Part shown: positions 17,692-25,569 of the stretch, piece after piece
Layout of the letters: the number at the start of each line of letters is the position of its first letter
How positions within the stretch are numbered: the first letter of the stretch is position 1
From: Proteiniphilum sp.
GTDB taxonomy: Bacteria; Bacteroidota; Bacteroidia; Bacteroidales; Dysgonomonadaceae
Direction of reading: 5' to 3'
DNA length: 32,000 nt
Assembly (NCBI GenBank): GCA_016839025.1
Contig: JADLKK010000006.1
Span: forward strand, 22,706-54,705
The notes under the pieces: generated by a model
What the model was told of the DNA's origin: nothing
What the model saw: only the letters and a program-made list of their open reading frames with translations
The model's database searches: none
Made by a program: the position numbers and the translations under genes

Positions 17692-18510
17692 TCAGTTGTC
17701 TATCTCGTCGTAGAATTGGTTGATCTCCCCGGCAAACAGATCAAAATCAGCCTGGAAGGGGAGCTGTTTAACAGCTTTCCCCGCAGCATAGCGGATCAGC
17801 TCCGGTTCTACCGACTCACTGCCGATGATGACTCCGTCGGAATAGTCAATGGCCAGCTTCATCAGTGTGGGATAATTGATGGTGCCCAGTGATTTGATCG
17901 CTTCTATCTCCGCGTCTCCAATCCCTTCAAAACGCAGTTTGTCGGCAAAATCCTGCTGGAAAGGACGGCTGAATGTCTCGTCATACAGTGAACAGATTAC
18001 TTTGCTGTTCCGGAAGCAGGGGTCATCGGCATATCCTTTCTTGATGTAGAGTGGTGCCAGCGCGGAGAACCATCCGTGGCAATGGATCACATCAGGTACC
18101 CAGCGCAGCTTTTTGATGGTCTCCATCACACCGCGAATAAAGAAGATGCTCCGTTCGTCATTGTCCTCATATTCCTCACCCTCCTTGTCGGCCAGCAGCT
18201 CCCTGTTCTGGAAGTAATCTTCGTTGTCGATGAAGTATACCTGCATCCTCGCCGACTGGATAGAAGCAACCTTGATGATCAGCGAGTGATCGGCATCGTC
18301 AATAATCAGGTTCATTCCCGAAAGACGGATCACCTCGTGCAGCTGGTTGCGGCGTTCATTGATGGGTCCATACTTGGGCATAAAAGCACGGATCTCTTTA
18401 CCTTTTTCCTGGATAGCCTGCGGTAAAAAACGGGAGCTGTTCGAAATAGGGGTTTCGTCAAGATAGGGATAGATTTCCTGGGTAATATACAAGATTTTCT
18501 TTGGGGACAT
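17692..18510 (-). CDS. Half-length GT5 'glycogen/starch synthase' N-terminal-domain protein
   Basis: 272 aa. KILYITQEIYPYLDETPISNSSRFLPQAIQEKGKEIRAFMPKYG and DVIHCHGWFSALAPLY resemble the GlgA N-terminal domain. There is no C-terminal GT-B half. Confidence 0.8.
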   Translation of the reverse strand: MSPKKILYITQEIYPYLDETPISNSSRFLPQAIQEKGKEIRAFMPKYGPINERRNQLHEVIRLSGMNLIIDDADHSLIIKVASIQSARMQVYFIDNEDYFQNRELLADKEGEEYEDNDERSIFFIRGVMETIKKLRWVPDVIHCHGWFSALAPLYIKKGYADDPCFRNSKVICSLYDETFSRPFQQDFADKLRFEGIGDAEIEAIKSLGTINYPTLMKLAIDYSDGVIIGSESVEPELIRYAAGKAVKQLPFQADFDLFAGEINQFYDEIDN

Positions 18511-18535
18511 GAAGCTAATTCTCTAAATTTGAGTA

Positions 18536-18543
18536 CAAAGATA
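18536..18543 (-). promoter_or_regulatory. -7 promoter box TAtcTTTG for the short GT5 gene
   Basis: Exact TAnnTTTG on the minus strand, 26 nt upstream of ATG 18510. Confidence 0.5.
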
Positions 18544-18781
18544 ATAAAAAAAATCCACATAACTACAAAATAAAAAGGGTGTTATTTTGTAAGATGCAGG
18601 TATCCAGTCGTAAAGGGTTTCTTTGCCGGTTCTTTGGACAGTGGTGGCCGCCTGTCTGGGTACCTGTCACTCTGTTTGATGTGTATACCTCTCTCCCTGT
18701 TTCGCTATTCCGTGAAATAACATTAATTCTTTTCTCTATTTGGCAAATATTTTGTTGCTTTGCACTCTGAAGCAAAAATCA

Positions 18782-19624
18782 ATGAAAGTCATTCATACTG
18801 TTTCTGCACTCAACCTGGCCTTGCAGCCGTTTCGTTGCGAAGGTGTTGAGATAGGGTTTGTACCAACCATGGGTGCGTTGCACGAAGGTCACGCCACGCT
18901 GATCCGGAAGAGCATTGAGGAGAATGGCTGTACGGTGGTGAGCCTCTTTGTGAATCCTACACAGTTCAACAATAGCGAGGATCTCCGGCTCTATCCCCGC
19001 ACACCGGAAGAGGATCGGCAACTGCTGCAAGAGCTGGGCGTGGAGATCCTGTTTGCTCCTTCCGTGGAGGAGGTATATCCGGAGCCGGATCGGAGGGTGT
19101 TCGACTTTGGATTGCTTGACAAGGTGATGGAGGGACGTTTCCGCCCCGGACATTTCAATGGTGTGGCGCAGGTGGTCAGTCGTCTCTTCAGTTTTGTACA
19201 GCCCGACAGAGCCTATTTCGGCGAGAAAGATTTCCAGCAACTGGCAATCGTGCGGGAGATGACCCGAAGGCTTCAAATACCGGTAGAGATTGTTGGGGTA
19301 CCTATTGTGCGGGAGCCGTCGGGTTTGGCCATGAGTAGCCGGAACCAGCGATTGTCGCTTCAGGAGCGGGAACAGGCTTCGCAGATCTATCGCATGCTCG
19401 ACAAGAGCCTGGGCCTTACCGGAGAGCACCTTCCCCGGGAACTGGCGGAATGGGTGGTCGGAGAGATAAACAATGTGCCGGGCTTGCGTGTTGAATATTA
19501 TGAGATTGTAGATGGCGATTCGCTGCGACCGATCGCCTCATGGGATGAGAGCGACAGGCCAGTGGGATGTGCTGCCGTCTATTGCGGTGGGGTACGCTTG
19601 ATTGACAACATCAGTTACAGATAA
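18782..19624 (+). CDS. panC: Pantoate--beta-alanine ligase
   Basis: It has PTMGALHEGH (HxGH), FGEKDFQQ and AMSSRNQRL motifs. The start is set at ATG 18782 (MKVIHTV). Confidence 0.95.
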   Translation: MKVIHTVSALNLALQPFRCEGVEIGFVPTMGALHEGHATLIRKSIEENGCTVVSLFVNPTQFNNSEDLRLYPRTPEEDRQLLQELGVEILFAPSVEEVYPEPDRRVFDFGLLDKVMEGRFRPGHFNGVAQVVSRLFSFVQPDRAYFGEKDFQQLAIVREMTRRLQIPVEIVGVPIVREPSGLAMSSRNQRLSLQEREQASQIYRMLDKSLGLTGEHLPRELAEWVVGEINNVPGLRVEYYEIVDGDSLRPIASWDESDRPVGCAAVYCGGVRLIDNISYR

Positions 19625-19630
19625 AGAGTT

Positions 19631-19984
19631 ATGTGGGTAGAAGCATTGAAATCGAAGATACACAAGGCGACGGTCACCGACGCCAATCTCCATTATGAGG
19701 GAAGCATCACCATCGATGAGGAGCTGATCGATGCCGCCGGAATGTTCGTACATGAGAAGGTGGCGGTGGTGAACAACAACAACGGTGAGCGGTTCGAGAC
19801 CTATATCATCCGCGGGGAACGCGGGTCGGGTACCATCTGTCTGAACGGTGCCGCCGCCCGTAAGGTGCAGGTGGGAGATGTCATCATCATCATGAGTTAT
19901 GCCCTGCTGCCATTGGAGGAGGCCAAAGCTTTCGTACCTACGGTGATTACCCTGGATCCGGGCAGCAATCGCATCCGGAAGTAA
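19631..19984 (+). CDS. panD: Aspartate 1-decarboxylase
   Basis: 117 aa. [26 protein letters not shown] contains the Gly-Ser self-cleavage site. Confidence 0.95.
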   Translation: MWVEALKSKIHKATVTDANLHYEGSITIDEELIDAAGMFVHEKVAVVNNNNGERFETYIIRGERGSGTICLNGAAARKVQVGDVIIIMSYALLPLEEAKAFVPTVITLDPGSNRIRK

Positions 19985-20004
19985 GGAATCAGCCAATAAC
20001 CTTC

Positions 20005-20036
20005 CGTCGGTAGTGTCAGCGACCGGCGTTTTTTTT
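20005..20036 (+). terminator. Intrinsic terminator after panCD
   Basis: The stem is cgtcggt / accggcg (7 bp including one G-U pair) with a 10-nt loop, followed directly by T8 (20029..20036). Confidence 0.55.
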
Positions 20037-20046
20037 GCATGACAGG

Positions 20047-21369
20047 GTGTACAGCAACAAACAGATTGTCAAGGTCAGTTCTCCAATCCTGCTGAGTCTG
20101 CTGGCGCAGAATCTCATTCAGGTGATTGACACCGCCTTTCTTGGCCGCGTGGGCGAGGTGGAGCTGGGTGCTTCTGCCCTGGCGGGGATCATCTATATTG
20201 CCATCTACACCCTTGGCTTTGGCTTCAGCATGGGGAGCCAGATCCTCATTGGGCGGCGGAATGGCGAGGGGAACTACCACCAGATCGGCGAGATCGTGAT
20301 CCAGGGGATCCTCTTCCTGCTGATCCCCGCGCTGCTGCTGATTCCACTGTTGCGCTATGCCTCGATACACTGGCTCCCGGCCATGTTCGCCTCGCAGGAG
20401 GTGGCGGGTGCGGTGTCGGATTACCTGGTGTGGCGTGTCTTCGGACTTCTTTTTGCCTTCACCAATGTAATGTTCCGTGCCTTCTATATCGGCATCGCCC
20501 GTACGAAGGTTTTGACACTCAATGCGGTGGTGATGGCACTGGTCAATGTGCTGTTCGACTACGGACTGATATTCGGCAACTTGGGCATGCCGGAGATGGG
20601 GATCGCCGGGGCGGCCATCGCTTCGGTGATAGCAGAGATAAGCTCTACCCTCTTCTTTATCCTTTACACCCACAAGAGAGCCAATGCGCACACGTATGGC
20701 TTCACCTCCATCCGTTTTCAGTGGGCGGTGATCAGGAAAATCCTCGATATCTCCATTTTCATGATGGCACAATACCTGCTTTCGGTAGGCACCTGGATGC
20801 TTTTTTTCCTCTTCATAGAGAATTACATGGGGGAGCGGTCGCTGGCGGTTACCAATATTGTGCGTAGCTTCTATACCATCTTTACCATTCCCTCTCATGC
20901 CCTGGGCTCCTCCACCAGCACGCTGGTGAGCAACACCATCGGTGCCGGGAACAGCAAGGAAGTGCTGCGGTTGGTAAAACGGATCTCGCTGCTCAGCCTG
21001 GGGGTGATGCTGCTGGTCATTCTGCTTGTCATCCTCTTTCCCCGTCTTATGATCCATATCTACACTGATGATCCCTCGCTGATTGGCGATACGCTGGTTC
21101 CCCTCTATGTGCTGATTTCTTCTTTGCCACTTTACAGTGTGGGCACGGTACTCTTCAGTGCCGTTTCTGGAACCGGCAACACTCGCACGGCACTCGGTTA
21201 CGAGATTTTCACCCTGATTTTTTACCTGGCATACATGTGGCTGGTGATCATTTTCCTTCGTTTATCGGTAGCTGTCGCCTGGACTACCGAGCATGTCTAC
21301 TGGCTCTTCCTGATGACCCTCTCCCTGTTTTATCTCCGCAGTGGCAAGTGGAGAGACCGTAAGATTTAA
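20047..21369 (+). CDS. MATE-family efflux transporter
   Basis: It is about 440 aa and polytopic, with a typical MATE N-terminus (SPILLSLLAQNLIQVIDTAFLGRVGEVELGASALAG). No in-frame ATG is available, so the start is GTG 20047 or TTG 20035. The TTG lies inside the terminator T-run. Confidence 0.88.
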   Translation: MYSNKQIVKVSSPILLSLLAQNLIQVIDTAFLGRVGEVELGASALAGIIYIAIYTLGFGFSMGSQILIGRRNGEGNYHQIGEIVIQGILFLLIPALLLIPLLRYASIHWLPAMFASQEVAGAVSDYLVWRVFGLLFAFTNVMFRAFYIGIARTKVLTLNAVVMALVNVLFDYGLIFGNLGMPEMGIAGAAIASVIAEISSTLFFILYTHKRANAHTYGFTSIRFQWAVIRKILDISIFMMAQYLLSVGTWMLFFLFIENYMGERSLAVTNIVRSFYTIFTIPSHALGSSTSTLVSNTIGAGNSKEVLRLVKRISLLSLGVMLLVILLVILFPRLMIHIYTDDPSLIGDTLVPLYVLISSLPLYSVGTVLFSAVSGTGNTRTALGYEIFTLIFYLAYMWLVIIFLRLSVAVAWTTEHVYWLFLMTLSLFYLRSGKWRDRKI

Positions 21370-21372
21370 GCT

Positions 21373-21390
21373 TTTTTGCTATCTTTATCC
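21373..21390 (+). promoter_or_regulatory. Promoter-proximal 18-nt element tttttgctatctttatcc (contains a -7-like TAtcTTTA), copy 1
   Basis: Identical 18-mer to 25524..25541. It ends 19 nt upstream of ATG 21410. It overlaps a 7-bp inverted repeat, ctatctt (21379..21385) / aagatag (21397..21403). Confidence 0.45.
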
Positions 21391-21409
21391 CCGATTAAGA
21401 TAGAGGAAT

Positions 21410-22477
21410 ATGGGATCAAGGATATGGTGCATCGTTGTTTTGCTCCTCATTGCCGTCGCGTCGCCGGCACAGGAATTCCGCTGGAGTGCCGGGATGGACT
21501 ATTTTTTCGACAACATGGAGTACAAGGCATCCCCCTATGCCGATGCCCGCACCTTGCAGGGGATCTGGCTGAATGCCCTGGGAGGGGTGACGTGGGATAG
21601 TACGCACACGCTGGTGGCAGGTGTCAATCTGTTGAAGATGCCGGGCATGCATCGCGCCGTAGACAAATCGGAGGTGACGCTCTTTTATCGCTTTGAGAAT
21701 GACAGGGTGCATTTTCGTGCCGGTGCCTTTCCCCGCAGGGAGGTGCTCTCCAACTACTCGGACTTTTTTTTCAGGGATTCGGTCAACCAGCACATGCCGT
21801 TGATGCAGGGTCTCTTCTGGCAGTTGGGAAAGGATGACAATTTTTTCAATGCCTGGATGGACTGGACCGGCTACTCCCACGCCGAAGCACGGGAGAGCTT
21901 CTTCCTTGGTTTCTCCGGAAAAGCAAGCAGAGGCATTCTTTTTACCGATTTCCAGTCCACCCTCTTTCATCTTGCAGGCAATTACCCCAACGACGGTCGC
22001 TACGGGGTGAGCGAGGTGATCCAGGGAATCCTGTCGGCAGGGTTGGAGTATGATCCAGGCAATCGTTTCCGGGGGATGGTTTCGGCAGGTCTTTTTGCCG
22101 GGGTGGAGCGGGATCGCAAAGCCGATAAGACCTATCGTCCCATTGGCTTCACTGCGCGGTTCCATGCCGGATACATGGGGGTCGGAACCGATAACAACCT
22201 CTACCTGGGTGACCCGCGCATGCGTCTCTTCCCGGAGTATGGAGGTGAACTTTACCGGGGGACCCCGTTTCTGCGGGGAAGCCACTACTTGCAGAGCCGG
22301 TGGTATGTCAGCCTTATCGACTCAGACCGGTCCAGACTGCGGCTCAACTGCAACCTGCATCTCAGCGGGGGAGAGCTGTTTTTTCAGCAGACACTGACCC
22401 TCACTGTCGCGGTGGGTAACCTTATGACCCGGCAGCAACCAGCAAGAAAGTTTCCCTGGATGCAGATTTTTCAATAA
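21410..22477 (+). CDS. Secreted or outer-membrane protein of unknown function
   Basis: 355 aa. It has a signal peptide [22 protein letters not shown] and an aromatic/Gly-rich alternating pattern suggestive of beta strands. I recognise no family motif. Confidence 0.6.
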   Translation: MGSRIWCIVVLLLIAVASPAQEFRWSAGMDYFFDNMEYKASPYADARTLQGIWLNALGGVTWDSTHTLVAGVNLLKMPGMHRAVDKSEVTLFYRFENDRVHFRAGAFPRREVLSNYSDFFFRDSVNQHMPLMQGLFWQLGKDDNFFNAWMDWTGYSHAEARESFFLGFSGKASRGILFTDFQSTLFHLAGNYPNDGRYGVSEVIQGILSAGLEYDPGNRFRGMVSAGLFAGVERDRKADKTYRPIGFTARFHAGYMGVGTDNNLYLGDPRMRLFPEYGGELYRGTPFLRGSHYLQSRWYVSLIDSDRSRLRLNCNLHLSGGELFFQQTLTLTVAVGNLMTRQQPARKFPWMQIFQ

Positions 22478-22488
22478 TTGTCACAACA

Positions 22489-24492
22489 ATGGATCAGATC
22501 AGGCAACAAATCGAAGCGCTGCGTCAGCAGCTACACACACACAACCACAATTACTATGTGTTGTCACAACCGGTAATCTCCGATCGGGAATTCGACCAGA
22601 TGATGGCCGAATTGATAAGGCTGGAGAGGCAATATCCGGAGTATGCCGACCCCAACTCACCCTCTGTGCGGGTGGGAAGTGACATCAATAAGAGCTTCAC
22701 CCAGGTGACGCACCGTTATCCGATGCTCTCGCTCCAGAATACCTATTCCGAAGGGGAGGTGGCCGACTTTTTCAACCGGGTGAAGAGGAGCCTGAACGAA
22801 GATTTTGTGATTGTCTGTGAGCTGAAATATGACGGTACCTCCATTTCGCTGATCTACGAAGAGGGCAGGTTATCCCGTGCCGTCACGCGTGGCGACGGAC
22901 AAAAAGGAGATGATGTGACAGCCAATGTGCGCACCATCCGCAACGTGCCGCTGCTCCTCAGGGGGGAACAGATCCCCTCCTACCTGGAGGTGCGGGGTGA
23001 GATCCTGTTGCCCTGGAGCTCGTTTGATGAACTGAACCGGGAACGGGCCGCACAGGAGGAGCCACTCTTCGCCAATCCCCGTAACGCTGCCTCCGGCACC
23101 TTAAAGCTGCAAGACTCCCGTGTGGTGGCCTCGCGCCGCCTTGAGTCGTTCGTCTACTACCTGTTGGGAGAATCACTTCCTGCAGATAGCCATTACGAGA
23201 ACATGTGCCTGGCACGCGAATGGGGGTTGAATGTCTCGGCTGCCATGAGACGCTGCAACACCCTCGAAGAGGTGTTCGACTACCTTCGTTACTGGGATCG
23301 TGAACGAAGGAACCTGCCGGTCACCACCGACGGGGTGGTACTCAAGGTGGACTCGCTGTCGCAGCAACGCAACCTGGGTTACACTTCCAAGTTCCCCCGC
23401 TGGGCCATCGCCTTTAAGTTCAATCCCGAACGGGCGCTGACCCGGCTCGATTCGGTTTCCTGGCAGGTGGGGCGTACCGGAGCGGTGACACCGGTAGCCA
23501 ATCTTGAGCCAGTGCTGCTCTCCGGTACTACGGTGAGGCGTGCCTCTCTCTACAACGAAGATGCAATCGAGGCTCTTGACCTGCATGTCGGAGACATGGT
23601 GTATGTGGAAAAGGGAGGTGAGATCATTCCGAAGATTACCGGAGTGGACAGGGAGGCCCGCTTCCTGCTTGGCGACAAGGTGACCTTCACACGCAGCTGC
23701 CCCGACTGTGCTACACCCCTGGTGCGCAACGAGGATGAGGCGGTGCATTACTGTCCCAACAGCGAAGGATGCCCCCCTCAGATCAAGGGACGCATCGAGC
23801 ATTTCGTGACCCGCAAGGCGATGGATATCACGATTGGGCCGGAGAGCATCACCCTGCTCTACGACAAGGGGTTGATCCATGATGCTGCCGATCTCTATAC
23901 CCTTCGTTTCGAAGATCTGGCCGCTTTGGAACGATGGGGTGAGACCAGTGCCCGCAACCTGTTGGAGAGCATCGAACAGTCGAAAGCGGTACCCTATGAG
24001 CGGGTGCTCCACGCCCTGGGCATCCGCTACGTGGGTGAGACGGTGGCACGCAGACTGGCACATGCCTTTCCGCAGATTGACCTGCTGTTGGAGGCATCAG
24101 AGGAGGAGCTGACCGCCGTGGAGGAGATCGGCAGTCGCATAGCGCAAAGCGTGACAGCCTACTTTGCGAATCCCGGACACCAAGTGTTTGTGAATCGTCT
24201 CCGCAACGCCGGGCTACAGTTTACCCTGAACGAAGAGATGCTCGCAGGCAGGACGGAAAAGCTCAAAGGGTTGACCATCGTGATTAGCGGCACCTTCTCC
24301 CTGCATTCTCGCGACGAGTACAAGGCGATGATTCTGCAGCATGGGGGAAAGAACAGCGGGTCGGTATCGAAAAAAAGCGATTTCATCCTTGCGGGTGAGA
24401 ACATGGGTCCTGCCAAGCTGGAGAAAGCGGAGAAGCTGGGGGTGAAAATAATGGACGAGAAAGCTTTCCTTGCGATGATTGCAGAAGAGTAG
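22489..24492 (+). CDS. ligA: NAD-dependent DNA ligase
   Basis: It has the adenylation motif [12 protein letters not shown], a Zn finger ([19 protein letters not shown]), an HhH region and a C-terminal BRCT ([10 protein letters not shown]). Confidence 0.97.
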   Translation: MDQIRQQIEALRQQLHTHNHNYYVLSQPVISDREFDQMMAELIRLERQYPEYADPNSPSVRVGSDINKSFTQVTHRYPMLSLQNTYSEGEVADFFNRVKRSLNEDFVIVCELKYDGTSISLIYEEGRLSRAVTRGDGQKGDDVTANVRTIRNVPLLLRGEQIPSYLEVRGEILLPWSSFDELNRERAAQEEPLFANPRNAASGTLKLQDSRVVASRRLESFVYYLLGESLPADSHYENMCLAREWGLNVSAAMRRCNTLEEVFDYLRYWDRERRNLPVTTDGVVLKVDSLSQQRNLGYTSKFPRWAIAFKFNPERALTRLDSVSWQVGRTGAVTPVANLEPVLLSGTTVRRASLYNEDAIEALDLHVGDMVYVEKGGEIIPKITGVDREARFLLGDKVTFTRSCPDCATPLVRNEDEAVHYCPNSEGCPPQIKGRIEHFVTRKAMDITIGPESITLLYDKGLIHDAADLYTLRFEDLAALERWGETSARNLLESIEQSKAVPYERVLHALGIRYVGETVARRLAHAFPQIDLLLEASEEELTAVEEIGSRIAQSVTAYFANPGHQVFVNRLRNAGLQFTLNEEMLAGRTEKLKGLTIVISGTFSLHSRDEYKAMILQHGGKNSGSVSKKSDFILAGENMGPAKLEKAEKLGVKIMDEKAFLAMIAEE

Positions 24493-24498
24493 ATGTGC

Positions 24499-25389
24499 TT
24501 ACTCCTCCATGGTGAAGCTGCGCGACCCGATATGATGACCATCAGCGAAAAGATCTGCTTTGAAAGTGCCAGGCATCAGGAATTCTTCAATATCCCAGTA
24601 GAGGGTGACAGGTAGCTCCTCCCCTCCATATTCCACAATGCGTCGCATTGAATAGAGGATATCCCTGTTTTCATAAGGGAAGGTATGGGTGGGACTTTTT
24701 GAGAGTACCGTGCCGTCAGGGCTCATGAGACGTACGTAGATGGTACGTTCACCTGGCTCGGTGGTGATGTTGCGGGCGATGGTGAAGGCGACCACAAACT
24801 GGCTGCTGCGGCTCAGTCTTGACTGTTCCCTGCCCCGGTCGTTCACCGCCTTTACCGCGATGTTGGTTGCCACCAGCTGTGCTGCCAGCGACACCTTCTC
24901 CGATAGTTGTTCCTTCTCCTGTGACACCTGGCTGAGGGTGCGGCTGGTCTCGTTGAACTGGCGGGTGATCTGTCGGTTTTCGGCTCGCAGCTCTTCGTTC
25001 AGGCGGTTGAGGGAATCGATCTGGTGGATGTAGGAGCGTAGTATCTTACGCAGCGTAGCCAGCTCATCCTTGAGCCGCCTGATCTCTGCCTGGTCGGTGG
25101 CTTTGGTCATGCGCAGCTCTTCCTGCAGCCGCATCACCTTTGCCCGTTCGTTTTCCAGTTTGTAGAGCAGGGAGTCGTTCTGGACGCTGAACTTGAATCC
25201 TTCATATTGCAGGGAGATGGCTTCATACTCATCCTCCAGCTCCTGTTTGTCGAGCGTGAACTGCTGCTGCATCTCTTCCATTTCTGCACTCTTGTTCACC
25301 AGGAATCCGACCACGATGGCCAGCACGATGGCCAGCACACCAATGATGGCGATCAGCTGGGGTGTCCGTTCCCTAAAGTCCATTTTCAT
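24499..25389 (-). CDS. Membrane-anchored coiled-coil protein of unknown function
   Basis: It has an N-terminal TM segment (LIAIIGVLAIVLAIVVGFLV), a long E/Q/L/R-rich heptad-like region, and a beta-rich C-terminal domain of about 120 aa. Confidence 0.65.
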   Translation of the reverse strand: MKMDFRERTPQLIAIIGVLAIVLAIVVGFLVNKSAEMEEMQQQFTLDKQELEDEYEAISLQYEGFKFSVQNDSLLYKLENERAKVMRLQEELRMTKATDQAEIRRLKDELATLRKILRSYIHQIDSLNRLNEELRAENRQITRQFNETSRTLSQVSQEKEQLSEKVSLAAQLVATNIAVKAVNDRGREQSRLSRSSQFVVAFTIARNITTEPGERTIYVRLMSPDGTVLSKSPTHTFPYENRDILYSMRRIVEYGGEELPVTLYWDIEEFLMPGTFKADLFADGHHIGSRSFTMEE

Positions 25390-25415
25390 CTAAACCCTTA
25401 TTTTTCAATCGTCGG

Positions 25416-25423
25416 CAAAATTA
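25416..25423 (-). promoter_or_regulatory. -7 promoter box TAatTTTG for the coiled-coil gene
   Basis: Exact TAnnTTTG on the minus strand, 27 nt upstream of ATG 25389. Confidence 0.5.
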
Positions 25424-25523
25424 ACCGTTTTCACTATAAATGCCAATGAAGGGGTTCTCTTTTTCATTAATTTAAGATTTGACCTGCTCCATTGGAAAAG
25501 GAATGGATGAGGGGATATGCTAC

Positions 25524-25541
25524 TTTTTGCTATCTTTATCC
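25524..25541 (+). promoter_or_regulatory. Promoter-proximal 18-nt element tttttgctatctttatcc, copy 2
   Basis: Identical 18-mer to 21373..21390. It ends 28 nt upstream of ATG 25570. Confidence 0.45.
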
Positions 25542-25569
25542 TTCCGTATGATGACAAAAGAGTGAGACA

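Noticed and set aside
19897-21057. A 386-aa ORF on the minus strand, the longest unassigned ORF in the window
   Set aside because: It lies entirely antisense to the MATE transporter gene. Its translation is low-complexity and rich in His, Gln, Gly, Arg and Asp, with no recognisable motif. This is the usual shadow ORF produced opposite a GC3-rich gene.
21764-21771. A T8 homopolymer inside the unknown secreted-protein gene, considered as possible phase variation
   Set aside because: It encodes FFF in a T-rich codon context. It is short for a contingency tract, and similar T7-T9 runs occur elsewhere, for example 7335..7343 and 7695..7701 inside rnr.
22533-22543. An (AC)5 microsatellite near the 5' end of ligA, considered as a possible slipped-strand switch
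   Set aside because: It has only five units, and it lies in-frame inside an essential gene, encoding HTHNHN. There is no evidence of length variation from a single sequence.
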